Positions 31,413-42,208 of a DNA stretch of 64,000 nucleotides are shown in pieces. Origin of the DNA: a virus; IMG/VR virus record IMGVR_UViG_3300020125_000155, positions 1-64,000 of that record, one strand, 5' to 3'. The translations under genes and the position numbers were made by a program. A model generated the notes under the pieces. The model made no database searches, was not told where the DNA came from, and saw only the letters and a list, made by a program, of their open reading frames with translations. Numbering within the stretch: position 1 is the first letter of the stretch; every line of letters begins with the position of its first letter.

Positions 31413-34411
31413 TGCATCGTCCCAGAGCCGGGATCTTGAAATGCACCGATAGCCCCGCCGACATTCATCCCGGTATTGAACCGAGATTGCAACACATCAC
31501 GCGCCATTGCCCGCTCCGCACCGCCCTTTCGTAGCTCGCCGGAAAGCCAGTTTATGAAATTTGGATGTGAAACACCGTCCATAACAGTTCTGAAAAACTT
31601 ACCCAACACAAACCGCCCTACAGAGGACACACCGGGAACCTTGCTAATAAGCTTCATTGGCTCACTCATACCCAAAGGAATCCGCGTCATAGGATGCATA
31701 ACCATAGACATGCCAGCCAAGGACCCACCAATATCCCCCTTAGACGCGCTGAAGAGGAATTCAGCATTTTTTACCAATTCCAGCATTGTGTCCCGGGTTA
31801 CACCGGGGAACATAATCGCTTGGACCTCCTCTGAAATGCCCCTTCGACCCTCACGCTCGCCAGCGCCACCAATCTCCTCCCGCAAGTGCCCAACTTTGCC
31901 CAGCGGCCTCTGGAATAACCGCTGTACGTAAACCTCCCGTAATGCGTTCATTTCCGGCGATTTAAGGCCAAACCTATTAGCCGCCGCTACAATCAAATCC
32001 TGATCCGCCAGAATGCGGTTAGCCGCCCGTATAGGCAGTGCCGTCATGCTTTTCTCGTAGAGAAAGTGCATGGGCTCTTGCCGCCGAGACTCCCGCATCG
32101 CTTTCATTTGAGCGTTGAAATCTTTGTCTACCCGCTTTACGCCCTCAGAGAGAGCTTTCAGCGGGTCCGCATCGGCCATCTGCTTGACCTGTGCCGCCAT
32201 CATCTCGGATCGGTCGATAAGAGATTGCAGGGTTTCGTCGCCGCCAACCTTCAGCGTAAGATTGCCCTCCAATTGCTGCACGTTACGGGCGGCTTTATTC
32301 AAACGGTCAGCAAACTCTTTGGAATATCCCTTCTCCAACGTACCGTCCTGATACATAGACTCGACGCTACGAGCGAAGCCCTTTGCTTCAACCTCACCAA
32401 GCAGATTGAGATTCTTGCTAATTACTTTTTGCGTATGCGCCGCTTGGACATATTTCCACAGCGTAGGACCCACGATATCCCGGGCGCGGCTTAGAGCTTC
32501 TGAGCGGTTAGCGTCAAACAATACATCGGCCAGAACATGAGGGTCTGGGGGGACGCCCTCCCTCAAACCCTTCATTATCGTAGTAACCATGCTGTCGTTA
32601 AGATACGGGACATTCTCCCGGTAGAAATTATCCGCAGTGTCCAGCAGTCGTGACGCCTCCCCCAAGCGCGGGTCGAGAGAAACATCATGGAGCATTTCGT
32701 TCACTCTACCAGCAAATTTCTTAACCGAACCTTCCCGCATACTCGGCGTGAGGTCCGCGTAATCTATCCCGCTTCGCAGCCATGACCTTAGCTGCCGTAA
32801 TTCCTTGAACGTGAGGTCCGTAGGCGGGACCGCTTCCGAAACAACCTTGCCACCCTCTCCTTCTACAGCTTCCTTACCGGCAAGCTTCTCCAACAAGGCA
32901 ACCTCCGGGTATTTGCCACGGAGTTGTTGCGGCATCTCAGCAAGAAAATCGGACGCTTCTCCGCCTAGCGTTTCGCCAGCCCCGGTAATAGGCGTGGCCC
33001 CGCCCGCTACATCGCTAACGTCATATAAACCGCTCGCCCGCTGCCTAGTCGCTACATTCCAAGAGCGAAATTTACGCCCCACCATGCGCCACAACGTCCC
33101 CGCCCTACCACCTTGCTCAGCCTGCATCGCCGCCGATTCAACATCATTTTTGATGTCGTTAATTCCGGCTTGCACAAAATCTTTTGCCGTTTGCGCCGTT
33201 TGCGCCTGCGCTTGCACTAAACGCTCTCGATTCGCTTTCTGTTGATCCGCAAAAGCCTGCTCGCCACCGGCTTCCCGAACGGGCGCACGAACATCCTCCA
33301 GCGCGGCCTTACGTGCGGCTTCCAGGGCGGCATCATCGCGGGCTAATTTTTCCTGAAATACATTGAGGGCTAATTCACCGGCACGTTTTGAGGAAACGCT
33401 TTTGGTCGCCGCCGTCAGACTCTCATCTAACTTCACCCCAATTTCAGGATGCTCAAGCAACTCTTTGGCGTCTGCTTCATAAACATCCCGGGCGCGTTCT
33501 CCGAATACATTGCGGCCTTGAAATATCTGGTCAAACTCCTCAAGCTTTGTGAGCATCGGAGCTTCTGGAGCCAAAATTGACGGCGGCACAACGCCGGGGC
33601 CGTGTTTTTCAGTTAGATTGCGGGCCCGCTCAATAGTTTCTTGAGTCGTGCCCAAAAAATATCTAGCCCGCTCCGGGGTTATACCAAATGATTCAAGAAT
33701 CTCATGCAAGCCTTCGGAAACATTCTTGGCCTTGTCTTTCAACCCCCGAGTCTTGCCAACAATTTTCGACGCCCCGCTAAGAGCCTTTGACGCCACCTTC
33801 CCTACGCCTTCACCAACAGCCGTATACGCGCCTTCCCAAAGTGTGCTGGAGACGTTTTCAGACAAGTTTTGATGGATACCGAAAAGAGCCAAGACGGCAT
33901 TATTGAAGGAACGCCCTCCCATCGCTCCCAGAACACCGCCGCCAGCAATACCCGCTGGGCCTAATCCCGTCCCCACTACTCCACCAGCGGTCATGCCACC
34001 CAAAGGCGCGGCTTCCGACGCTGTGTAACCGGCTAACTCACTGAGACCTCTCTGGGCCCCGGGACGGCGGAGCTTACCGTCATCGTCAATGTAAAGACCG
34101 GCAACGTCCTCCTTGACCTTGCCGGGATAAAACTTCTCCAAGGCTTGCTTTTTGGCGTCCGGAGTAACGGCCATGTCGTGCAGCATTTCCGCCGTAAATC
34201 CTATGCCCTCATAGGTAGGCTTAATACGCACCTTTTTGTCCGGACCCATGTATTCCGCGCCCTCCGGAACCGATGCAAAATCGGTGTCGTCCGCTATCTC
34301 ATAGGGCTTAACGCGGGTTTTTTTGTCTGGGCCAATATACTTGCTGCCGGGGCCTAACTTGGCAAAATCCTCATCCCCGCTGATAGTCGGAATGTTGGCT
34401 TCCGGCGTCAT
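31409..34411 (-). CDS. Very large internal virion / ejection protein candidate (~1000 aa)
   Basis: Size and position match T7-gp16-like internal proteins. It has a Gly-rich hydrophobic segment (GGMTAGGVVGTGLGPAGIAGGGVLGAMGG) and long helical regions. The start (ATG 34411) is uncertain. Confidence 0.55.
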   Translation of the reverse strand: MTPEANIPTISGDEDFAKLGPGSKYIGPDKKTRVKPYEIADDTDFASVPEGAEYMGPDKKVRIKPTYEGIGFTAEMLHDMAVTPDAKKQALEKFYPGKVKEDVAGLYIDDDGKLRRPGAQRGLSELAGYTASEAAPLGGMTAGGVVGTGLGPAGIAGGGVLGAMGGRSFNNAVLALFGIHQNLSENVSSTLWEGAYTAVGEGVGKVASKALSGASKIVGKTRGLKDKAKNVSEGLHEILESFGITPERARYFLGTTQETIERARNLTEKHGPGVVPPSILAPEAPMLTKLEEFDQIFQGRNVFGERARDVYEADAKELLEHPEIGVKLDESLTAATKSVSSKRAGELALNVFQEKLARDDAALEAARKAALEDVRAPVREAGGEQAFADQQKANRERLVQAQAQTAQTAKDFVQAGINDIKNDVESAAMQAEQGGRAGTLWRMVGRKFRSWNVATRQRASGLYDVSDVAGGATPITGAGETLGGEASDFLAEMPQQLRGKYPEVALLEKLAGKEAVEGEGGKVVSEAVPPTDLTFKELRQLRSWLRSGIDYADLTPSMREGSVKKFAGRVNEMLHDVSLDPRLGEASRLLDTADNFYRENVPYLNDSMVTTIMKGLREGVPPDPHVLADVLFDANRSEALSRARDIVGPTLWKYVQAAHTQKVISKNLNLLGEVEAKGFARSVESMYQDGTLEKGYSKEFADRLNKAARNVQQLEGNLTLKVGGDETLQSLIDRSEMMAAQVKQMADADPLKALSEGVKRVDKDFNAQMKAMRESRRQEPMHFLYEKSMTALPIRAANRILADQDLIVAAANRFGLKSPEMNALREVYVQRLFQRPLGKVGHLREEIGGAGEREGRRGISEEVQAIMFPGVTRDTMLELVKNAEFLFSASKGDIGGSLAGMSMVMHPMTRIPLGMSEPMKLISKVPGVSSVGRFVLGKFFRTVMDGVSHPNFINWLSGELRKGGAERAMARDVLQSRFNTGMNVGGAIGAFQDPGSGTMQ

Positions 34412-34436
34412 CGTCTCGCCGGTCAATTCCTTAAAT

Positions 34437-36296
34437 TCACTTCCCGATGACTCGGCCACGACTCCACTCCGGTTGACTATCACCCTTTGGCGTGTCCGTT
34501 TTCTCTTCGGGCGCTTCAAACGGTTTACCTTCTATAATGCCGTTGATATTCTCCCGCATTCTCACAAATTGCTCGCGTAAATCATTCCAGTTACGCAAGG
34601 CGTTTGGTCTCGTATCCCCCGCGTTAAGACCTCTCACAACCTTACTTACCTTTTCATGCTCGCCAGCCAGCGGGCGGGATGTAGATTCCGTTATGAGGCG
34701 CGGGGCAATTGTCTGTAGCTCGTTAATTAGGCTTTCTGCCTCGCGTCTATCCGTAGCATTTGAACCCAGAAGGTTTGACAAGCTTTCCGCTGATCTAGTC
34801 GCGTAACCAGCAGCGCCGACCGCACCAACATTCTTCTTGATAAGTTTGATTAACTTATCAATCGTCTCAATTCCCGTTTTGTAACGGTCAGAGGCAATGC
34901 GGAGGTCCGCCGACTTATTGGCTGTTAATTGTGTGGCCTTGGCTTTGCTAATTTCCTCCATTGCCTTGTCGTGGCGCTCTTTTTCCTGTTCCGCAGTTAT
35001 ATCCTTTGCCAATCGACCAGCGGCAATGTCATCCATGTTCTTTTTATGAAGCGCATCCTCTTCCGCCTTTGCCTCCGCAATCGTTAGCCTCTTGCTCGCC
35101 AGTCCTTCCATAGTCTCATCGTGACGAGCCCTATTTTTAGCGGCAAACTCGGCAATATCAGCGCGCTTTGCAGCAATCGGGTTGTGGGCAGTAACTACAT
35201 CCCGCGCGTTCTGGTCATGCGCTTCATTTCTTTCCTTCTCAGTGGCGTCCCCGTGCGCGGCATCCCAAGCGTCATTACGCTTATCAATCTCTCCCTGAAT
35301 GGCACCAGAAGCGGTACGTCCATAACGGCCAGCGTACTTTGCTTCCGATATTTTCTTCTGCGCGTCAGTCAGGGCCGTAAGCGGGTCCTTACCGTCCTTA
35401 ATACCCTTGTTGAACGCATCCTGAAGCGCCTTGGTCTCCAGCATGGCGGGAACAACCTTGGCGTATTCCTGCATTGCCCTGTTGCGGCCCTCAATCACAT
35501 CCCAAGATTCTTTATCCATACCCGCGTGTAACAGGCCAAGCATCCGGGCATCGTTATACTTTACGGCATGAGCCTCCAGCTTTGTCCGCCAAGATCCGTC
35601 TCGTTTGTCATAAAGCTTGGCGATGTCCTCAAACTCAGTGTGTTCCAGATTGTGCCGCTTGACCGCTAGATCGCTATTGACTTTCCATTCGTCAAAAGCG
35701 CGGTTGTAGGCATCCATATCCCCTACGTTGATGGCGTTCATCGCCGCCGCCCCGCCAACCAAGGCCGCGTTCATTGGCATTGCGGAGAACGAAGAAGCGA
35801 GCATGGCAAAGACAAACCCGGGGGAGCCTAGCTGCTCCCATAAATCAGTTTTGGGCGGAGCCATGGTTCGCGGATTCCACGGTTTCAGGTCCGCCGTGCT
35901 GGCGCTTTCCTGCGCGAACTTCCTCTCCATCATCCTCTGGAATTTATCGTCGTCCGCCGCCCGTCTCTTATCCAAATAATCCTCGTATCCAATCTTCTCC
36001 TGAAGAAGCCCGGTTTGGAAGTTACGATTCTCCTCAATCCTTTCCGGTGTTGGATAGCCCTGCATGAAATCCGATATGGACGGCGTAGCGACATCCGAAA
36101 CCAAACTGGAATCGGTTGAATCGGGAATGGCGTACCGCGACGTGTCGGTTATGGTCGAAACCAGACTTGGACCGGGAGCGGTATCGGGCGCATCCGGGAC
36201 ATCAGGCGTCGTGTCCGCAGAAGCAACAACCGGATCGGGCGGATCGGGCGTTACATTACCGCCCCGCCGAGGAGGGTCAGTGGCGGGCTCAAGCAT
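34437..36296 (-). CDS. Internal virion protein candidate (619 aa)
   Basis: Pro/Asp/Thr-rich N-terminus, a hydrophobic segment (GFVFAMLASSFSAMPMNAALVGGAAAM) and a helical C-terminal half. Confidence 0.55.
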   Translation of the reverse strand: MLEPATDPPRRGGNVTPDPPDPVVASADTTPDVPDAPDTAPGPSLVSTITDTSRYAIPDSTDSSLVSDVATPSISDFMQGYPTPERIEENRNFQTGLLQEKIGYEDYLDKRRAADDDKFQRMMERKFAQESASTADLKPWNPRTMAPPKTDLWEQLGSPGFVFAMLASSFSAMPMNAALVGGAAAMNAINVGDMDAYNRAFDEWKVNSDLAVKRHNLEHTEFEDIAKLYDKRDGSWRTKLEAHAVKYNDARMLGLLHAGMDKESWDVIEGRNRAMQEYAKVVPAMLETKALQDAFNKGIKDGKDPLTALTDAQKKISEAKYAGRYGRTASGAIQGEIDKRNDAWDAAHGDATEKERNEAHDQNARDVVTAHNPIAAKRADIAEFAAKNRARHDETMEGLASKRLTIAEAKAEEDALHKKNMDDIAAGRLAKDITAEQEKERHDKAMEEISKAKATQLTANKSADLRIASDRYKTGIETIDKLIKLIKKNVGAVGAAGYATRSAESLSNLLGSNATDRREAESLINELQTIAPRLITESTSRPLAGEHEKVSKVVRGLNAGDTRPNALRNWNDLREQFVRMRENINGIIEGKPFEAPEEKTDTPKGDSQPEWSRGRVIGK

Positions 36297-37555
36297 TAGG
36301 TCGTAACCGCGCCGGTCGTGGAATTGACGTTGATGTTAAAGCCGCCGCCCTGACCGGGTATCCTAGAACCGCCGTTCATCGCCGCCGCAAAGGCACCAAT
36401 GGATTGCGAGGTCATCTGTGCAAGCTTCATATCGAGGTTTTGCACCATGATAGGCAGTTGCGCGGCAATGTCAGTGGCGGAAACCCCCGTAGAAAGAAGC
36501 TGATTCGCCGTCTGTACCATCTGAGCGCCGGATTCATTCAATTGCTGCTCAAGGCTAGTTTTCAGCATCTCGCCTTGTCGGTCGATAGCCGCAAGGTCCT
36601 GGGCCAGCGCGGTATTGTAAAGCGGGTCAGTGGATTGCCCCATATTCGACGCCGCCTGAATCCGCCGCGCCTTGGCCGCATTGATGCTCTGGGTAACTTG
36701 ATCTTGGAATCCTTGGGGTAGCGTTCCGGTCTTGAGGTAATCCATCAAATCTGAGCCGCTGGTAAGAATCGGCTGCGCGGCCTTTTTCGCAGTTGCCGCA
36801 ATCTGGTCAAGTTTCTGCGTCCGTTGCTGCTCTTGCGCGTTTAGCGCATCTATCTGTTGCTTTTGCTGGTAGCCTTGATAACCAGCCAGCCCCAAACCAG
36901 CCAAACCAGCGTAAGGCGCGGCGCTCTTAATTGCACCACCAATAGAACTGAGAATTCCCGGCGATTCCGGCGCTACAGCCCCGGGTGGGGGCACGCCACC
37001 CGTAACCCCGGCATAGGGAACAGGCTGTGTTCCAAACGCGCCAAAGGCGGGATCGGTAGGAGCGGCACCCCCTGTCACCCCGGGATATGGGATAGGAGAC
37101 GTGGCCGCGCCGGGCGTACCGGGCACTGGGGCACCACCGGCTGCGGCTACAGCGGGGTCTACAGTCCCACCACCACCCATATCAAACGCAGTGCCAGCCC
37201 CGCCAAAGGGCGATGTCCCCTCCGTAAGACTGGCGGTAGCAGGCAATACATCCGAGCCTATAGCCGTGCCCGCGTCAGTCACCCCCGGGCCTATGGTAGC
37301 CAAATCGAACCCGCCTGCCGCAGCATCCGCAGCCGCTACCCCACCCCCAGCTTCGCCAAAGCCCGCAAATAAGCCCGGTAAGACCTCCGGAGCGGCAACG
37401 GCGGCTAACGCAGCCGGTACGGCAATTTCTAACCCCTGCGCCCAGCCCGGTTGATTCTGGAAGCTAGAGCCAAAGTCCTTAAAGATATTGGAGGGGGCAA
37501 GATCGTTGCCCAAATTGCTGAAGTCCCCGGAAAACACGTCAGTGAGGAAACTCAT
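36296..37555 (-). CDS. Gly/Ala/Pro-rich internal virion protein candidate (419 aa)
   Basis: Low-complexity N-terminal two thirds and a helical Gln-rich C-terminus. Shares one nt with the next start (TAATG). Confidence 0.55.
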   Translation of the reverse strand: MSFLTDVFSGDFSNLGNDLAPSNIFKDFGSSFQNQPGWAQGLEIAVPAALAAVAAPEVLPGLFAGFGEAGGGVAAADAAAGGFDLATIGPGVTDAGTAIGSDVLPATASLTEGTSPFGGAGTAFDMGGGGTVDPAVAAAGGAPVPGTPGAATSPIPYPGVTGGAAPTDPAFGAFGTQPVPYAGVTGGVPPPGAVAPESPGILSSIGGAIKSAAPYAGLAGLGLAGYQGYQQKQQIDALNAQEQQRTQKLDQIAATAKKAAQPILTSGSDLMDYLKTGTLPQGFQDQVTQSINAAKARRIQAASNMGQSTDPLYNTALAQDLAAIDRQGEMLKTSLEQQLNESGAQMVQTANQLLSTGVSATDIAAQLPIMVQNLDMKLAQMTSQSIGAFAAAMNGGSRIPGQGGGFNINVNSTTGAVTT

Positions 37556-37558
37556 GGG

Positions 37559-37900
37559 CTATCCTATCCCTAATATCGCGCCAATTCGGACATGCTCATC
37601 CCCGTTAAGTCTAAGCCATTGTTGGAATTGGCCCGGGTCCTCCCAGTCTAACTCTAAAAGGTTATAGCCGCTAGTTCCGAGTGCGGCATTGGCCTGATCG
37701 TGGGCGATTTGGTGATTGTATAACCACATCCCCAAGTCGTTTGGGTCTACCTGATTAAGAAGAAAAGTCTGCAACCCGGTCACATTTTTAAGGGTCGTTA
37801 TGGCTGGTATCCAATCGTAGTGTATCGCCCCGTGATTAAAGGCCCACGCATCCCACCCTTCCTGGTCCTTTGGGGCGGTATAAAGAAAAGGTAAACTCAA
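37559..37900 (-). CDS. Hypothetical structural protein (113 aa)
   Basis: Trp/His-rich. ATGA-coupled to the HNH gene upstream. Confidence 0.55.
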   Translation of the reverse strand: MSLPFLYTAPKDQEGWDAWAFNHGAIHYDWIPAITTLKNVTGLQTFLLNQVDPNDLGMWLYNHQIAHDQANAALGTSGYNLLELDWEDPGQFQQWLRLNGDEHVRIGAILGIG

Positions 37901-38361
37901 GACCCAATCTCCTTTTGAGAGTGGGGAACCATTCCTTTACGCAGCCTAAACCTACGCTGCCACTCCCTTTGGCAACTTCTACAATCGCGCCCGCCACCAA
38001 CCTTTATGTAGGTGTTTTCTAATGTGTATTCATGGCCTTGAGGACAATGTGTTTTAGATTTTTGCCAGTCGCTTAACTGCTTAGGAGATTTGCCGCGCAG
38101 CACATTTATCCGCCGCGATACCGGCTCTAGGTGGTCTGGATTTATGCAGCAGCGATTACGGCAGAGATGATCTATTTCAAGCCCAGATGGGATTTCCCCT
38201 CTCGATAGCTCATAAGAAATGCGATGTGCTTTGCGAGCCTTGCCATCAAAATGAATTCTACCATAACCGCCTCCGTCAAGCGCCCCAACCCATACCAAAC
38301 ATCCCGAATTTGGCTCAGGCACAGAATAAAATTCAAGCCTTTCGGCTATCGCTCTAATCAT
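37897..38361 (-). CDS. HNH homing endonuclease (free-standing, inside tail module)
   Basis: CLVWVGALDGGGYG...AHRISYELSRGEIPSGLEIDHLCRNRCCINPDHLEPVSRRIN. Paralogous to the genes at 10143 and 12390. Confidence 0.8.
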   Translation of the reverse strand: MIRAIAERLEFYSVPEPNSGCLVWVGALDGGGYGRIHFDGKARKAHRISYELSRGEIPSGLEIDHLCRNRCCINPDHLEPVSRRINVLRGKSPKQLSDWQKSKTHCPQGHEYTLENTYIKVGGGRDCRSCQREWQRRFRLRKGMVPHSQKEIGS

Positions 38362-39230
38362 GCTGCAAATCCGAAGTCTGATACTCGGAAGCTAATCGTA
38401 GTCAGCGTCAAGGTCGCATTATTAAGATTGTTCTGCATACTCACAATGACCGAGCCCGCAGCCGCTACATAACCTCTCAATGAAACAGAGCCAAAAGCCA
38501 AGGTTCCTACCTCGCCCACAAAAATCATATCGTTTATCGCAGCGCCGGTTAGAGCTACCGTCGTTTGAGTAAAGGCGAACGGAGTAAGGGTTACTTGACT
38601 GATAGAGGCTAACGTAGAATTCAGCCGTATTAGAGCGTTCAGCCCAGCAAAAGAAATCGACGCGGCGCTTATAATGCCAGAGACAGAAGCATTAGCGCCC
38701 AAGAGAGACGCCACGGAAAGACTGGATAGGGTGGCTATACCCCCAGCGACGTTGACAGTTCCGATACTCGCCACTCCGCTTATGGAGGCATTGCGGGCAA
38801 TCAGAGCCGCTACCGAAATAGACTGGGTAATAAATTGCGACGAACCAGTTTGGAGATGGAACCCGCCGCCGCCGCCGTTAAGCGCCAAATCATAGCGCAG
38901 TGTAAACGCGCAAAGCTGCACGATTTCGCCGCCCGTCAACGCCACAGGCCCAGTTGGGGTGTCGTTATAGATCGGTAAAACACCGGAAATGCCCACAACG
39001 GTTGCCGTGGCTCCGGTCGAATTGGTCGCCGCCGCAATTCCAGTAAATTGCATATTCTGTTGGAAAGCAGTGAGTGGGGCGGCGGGATTGGCTGGAGTCA
39101 AAGTCAGGGCATTAGTCCCGGCCACCGTGCAAGCCACCGGGGCCAGATAGGTAAGGCTTAGAAGGTTCGCATCCAGTTCATTCGGAGTAGCGGGCCCAGC
39201 CCCTAAACCTGTGAAATTTGTCCAAACCAT
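38358..39230 (-). CDS. Tail fibre-like protein (290 aa)
   Basis: Ala/Thr/Gly/Ser-rich beta-type composition in the tail module. Confidence 0.5.
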   Translation of the reverse strand: MVWTNFTGLGAGPATPNELDANLLSLTYLAPVACTVAGTNALTLTPANPAAPLTAFQQNMQFTGIAAATNSTGATATVVGISGVLPIYNDTPTGPVALTGGEIVQLCAFTLRYDLALNGGGGGFHLQTGSSQFITQSISVAALIARNASISGVASIGTVNVAGGIATLSSLSVASLLGANASVSGIISAASISFAGLNALIRLNSTLASISQVTLTPFAFTQTTVALTGAAINDMIFVGEVGTLAFGSVSLRGYVAAAGSVIVSMQNNLNNATLTLTTISFRVSDFGFAA

Positions 39231-39233
39231 CTC

Positions 39234-39875
39234 TTAAGCCCTGTATAACGCTTTCAACGATTCGCTTATCTTTATTCTTGTTTCGACGGACAGGGGTTTG
39301 CCAACCCTTGCGGCGTGAAGCCTATCCATCAACCCTTTTGGTCTTGGTACACCCCTTCTTGCCGCCCGTAGCTTTGCCTTAAACTCTTCCGTCCTTGGCC
39401 TTGAAGCGGATGCTATGGACAGCTTTTTCCGATGTTCTGCGGTAAACACCTTCCCTTTATTTGCAAGCCCAATCCTACGTTTCGTTTCCTCCGAACACAC
39501 CTTACCAATCTGCCAAGCAGACATTTTCTGGCGAACTTCATCGGAAAGAGTAAAACCGTAAATCCGTTCTCCCCCACTGGTCAAATTATAGCCATGGGGG
39601 GAAAGGCAATTATACTGGACTATCAACCCCCTCTCCCGCGCTGCGGCATTTTCAAAACCAATAATATCTTCAACCATTTCAACCGTAAATGCGGACTTTC
39701 CGTACAGGGCAATCGCAGCGGATATCGCGCTCCGCTTTCTGGACTTTGCAGAAAATTGAACATGCTGTGACCACCTAAACCTTACCGAGCGGCTAGTCAT
39801 ACCAATGTAAATCTTGCCATTTACAAGATTGGTAATTTTATAAATGTGAAACAATCTATGCACGGTACTGAACAA
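39234..39875 (-). CDS. GIY-YIG homing endonuclease with NUMOD3-like repeats
   Basis: IYKITNLVNGKIYIGMT...R...H, YG and E motifs, then five S/T-x-E-x-R-x-K-hS repeats. Visibly lower GC than its flanks. The start overlaps the end of the 783-aa gene by 20 nt. Confidence 0.8.
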   Translation of the reverse strand: MFSTVHRLFHIYKITNLVNGKIYIGMTSRSVRFRWSQHVQFSAKSRKRSAISAAIALYGKSAFTVEMVEDIIGFENAAARERGLIVQYNCLSPHGYNLTSGGERIYGFTLSDEVRQKMSAWQIGKVCSEETKRRIGLANKGKVFTAEHRKKLSIASASRPRTEEFKAKLRAARRGVPRPKGLMDRLHAARVGKPLSVETRIKISESLKALYRA

Positions 39876-42207
39876 TCTCCGTTTGCAGCATTTCCGATAT
39901 TAGCACCATGTCATCGCACATTGTCGTAATAGTCATCCCAGTCAAAACCCCTACTTGTCCGACCGCAGTAGGCGGCAAGACCGAAATAGCATCGGGCCAC
40001 ACCTGCGCCCACGAATACGGCCCACCACCCTGTTGCTGCCATACATACGGCACTCCAGCGGCGGTCGCCCAGCTAAAGGCAGGGGGCGTTCCACTAATCG
40101 GATTCCCGGTCACTTGATGTACGGGAATCCCGAACTCGTTATCTATGGTGATCGAGTAGCTAAGACTTTTGGCCCCGATAAATTGCGCAAGAGCAAATAT
40201 GTTGCAGGAACTTTTTGTATGGTCGTACCCTGTCGGAGCGTCCCACAATCTTGTCTGCATGGTCTTTTTGAACGCATTGGACGGTTGCTCAAATAACCGA
40301 TAGATGCCGGTCCCGTCCGTTCCCCAGGACTGGAATACCGAACCTATTTCTTGCGCCGCAATAAACGTAAGCGCCACATCTTGTTCCGACGCCCACCAAA
40401 ACTTTTCGTTAAACATGAAAAGCTTGTTTCGCTGTGTTTTTAAGATCGGGTCAATGATCGGAACCAAAACCATCCATACCAGCTTGCCAAAAATCAAATC
40501 TTTAGCGGCGGAAAGCTGCGCCCCGTTAAAACTGCCCGGGGCTGAATTGTATATGCCGTCTAACATTTCGGATTTCTTCTGGAACGTGCCTCCCGAAGAG
40601 ACATAAACGCCATTTTGATTGGCTATAAGAATATCCTGCCCAATAGTCGTGACAGACGCCGGATATGGCGTTCCAGTCTCGGGGTCGGAATTGTTGTTCG
40701 TAAACGTAGTCGTGGTGACGTTATTAGCGGTAGTCACTTGAACGCCGGAAATATAGTTCATCGAGGAATCCCCGATGAGGAAAAGAAAACCGTTGGTTTG
40801 AACCGCTGCCGTGTACCCGACTTTCAGAAAGCTATCGTTTGATTTTTCTGTGCCGCCACCATCTGACGTGGCAAAATCAGTTACGGAGCCGGGGGCACTC
40901 CAACTAAAAACTGCACCATTAAATATCCAAACATGCCCAGCATAGGTAGCTATTGCCGTGCCAGATAGGCCAAATGGAGCAACGGAAATTGTCCCCGCTG
41001 CCGTCGAAGAACTGTCGTTAACAACCAAAGTTGGCGGGGTATTTGACCCATAAATACCCCCAGAGCTAATCGTGACCTCCGCAATCACGCCACCCGACAA
41101 GACGGGCAACAATACTGCCTGAGATTGAGGGGAACCGCCCGCCGATACGGCAATAGAGCAATTCGGCCCGTATCCGGCACCACCGTTATTGATCGTAACG
41201 CTAGTGACAACAAAACAACCGGCATCGGTAATAGTCAGGGGTGGATTAGGGTCGCCGCCTGCAAAAAGACCGCCATTATTTACGGTGACGCTAGTAATGA
41301 CTCCGTTCGTAATAACTGGGGTAAGCGTTGGCGCTGTAAGAACTCCTCCTCCTGTAGCGGTTACTGTAGTTACAGGACTATAGCCGCTACCGCCGTTATT
41401 TACGGTGACACTTTGAATCGTAAACTTGCCCCCGACTGCTACGGTATTTGCGGTTAAGACCGCGCTAGTGCCGGGCCCGCTTGCAGACAAAACCGCCGTT
41501 AAATTACCGCCGCTGCCCGCTTGGTTCCCCCCGGTAAATGTCAATGTTGGCGTATCAGTGCCAAGATAACCACTGCCGGGATTTGTAATTACCACGCTAA
41601 CAACATGCCCCGCGCTGTCTATGGTCGCGGCGAAAGTAGCGCCGCTTCCCAGCCCTCCCGTCGCCTGGACAAGCGGCGCGGTAACATAACCGCTGCCCGT
41701 ATTCGTCAGCAGGACTCTCGGCGCAAGTGTACCGGCAGTGTAGACAACCGAGCCGTCCCAAATCCAATAACCGTTTGGTTGATTAGCAACGATAAGAAGA
41801 TACTGACTGCCATACTGAGCAACGCCGAGATTGCTAATAGACGGATTGAGAATTGACCCAGTTGGAAGAATTTGAGTAACAGCGCCGTCCGTTGTGCCCA
41901 CCTGCACAACGGAACCGTCCGACAAAAACACAACGGCATACGGCGTTGGCCCGATATTATAAAAATAAAAGCAGACAACCGCTAACCCGCCCGGCGCGGT
42001 GTAAACAGCGGGGCCTATGCCGTGCAGCGTGCGAAGATTTCTCGGCGCAAGAGGCATGAACCCGTCGCACCAATACATTTGCTGATCGGGAACGCCAGCG
42101 CGGGTAGTGGCAGTGTTTATGCCTTGGAATTGCTCGCAAACTAACGGGGCAGGGCCACGCCTTGCCGAGCCACTGTCGCCCTGATCCCGCTGTTGCTCAG
42201 ACGGCAC
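39856..42207 (-). CDS. Large tail (nozzle / tubular-B-sized) protein with five G-x-G-Y modules (783 aa)
   Basis: Size and position are comparable to T7 gp12. Internal modules are TGSGYVTAPLV, NPGSGYLGTDTPTL, NGGSGYSPVTTV, NGGAGYGPNCSI and SGGIYGSNTPPTL. Confidence 0.5.
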   Translation of the reverse strand: MPSEQQRDQGDSGSARRGPAPLVCEQFQGINTATTRAGVPDQQMYWCDGFMPLAPRNLRTLHGIGPAVYTAPGGLAVVCFYFYNIGPTPYAVVFLSDGSVVQVGTTDGAVTQILPTGSILNPSISNLGVAQYGSQYLLIVANQPNGYWIWDGSVVYTAGTLAPRVLLTNTGSGYVTAPLVQATGGLGSGATFAATIDSAGHVVSVVITNPGSGYLGTDTPTLTFTGGNQAGSGGNLTAVLSASGPGTSAVLTANTVAVGGKFTIQSVTVNNGGSGYSPVTTVTATGGGVLTAPTLTPVITNGVITSVTVNNGGLFAGGDPNPPLTITDAGCFVVTSVTINNGGAGYGPNCSIAVSAGGSPQSQAVLLPVLSGGVIAEVTISSGGIYGSNTPPTLVVNDSSSTAAGTISVAPFGLSGTAIATYAGHVWIFNGAVFSWSAPGSVTDFATSDGGGTEKSNDSFLKVGYTAAVQTNGFLFLIGDSSMNYISGVQVTTANNVTTTTFTNNNSDPETGTPYPASVTTIGQDILIANQNGVYVSSGGTFQKKSEMLDGIYNSAPGSFNGAQLSAAKDLIFGKLVWMVLVPIIDPILKTQRNKLFMFNEKFWWASEQDVALTFIAAQEIGSVFQSWGTDGTGIYRLFEQPSNAFKKTMQTRLWDAPTGYDHTKSSCNIFALAQFIGAKSLSYSITIDNEFGIPVHQVTGNPISGTPPAFSWATAAGVPYVWQQQGGGPYSWAQVWPDAISVLPPTAVGQVGVLTGMTITTMCDDMVLISEMLQTEIVQYRA

Positions 42208-42208
42208 A

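Noticed and set aside
36116-37454. Plus-strand ORFs of 117-201 aa antisense to the Gly/Ala/Pro-rich gene
   Set aside because: This is the typical antisense open-frame artefact of GC-rich, low-complexity coding DNA. The proteins read as Arg/Pro/Gly noise.
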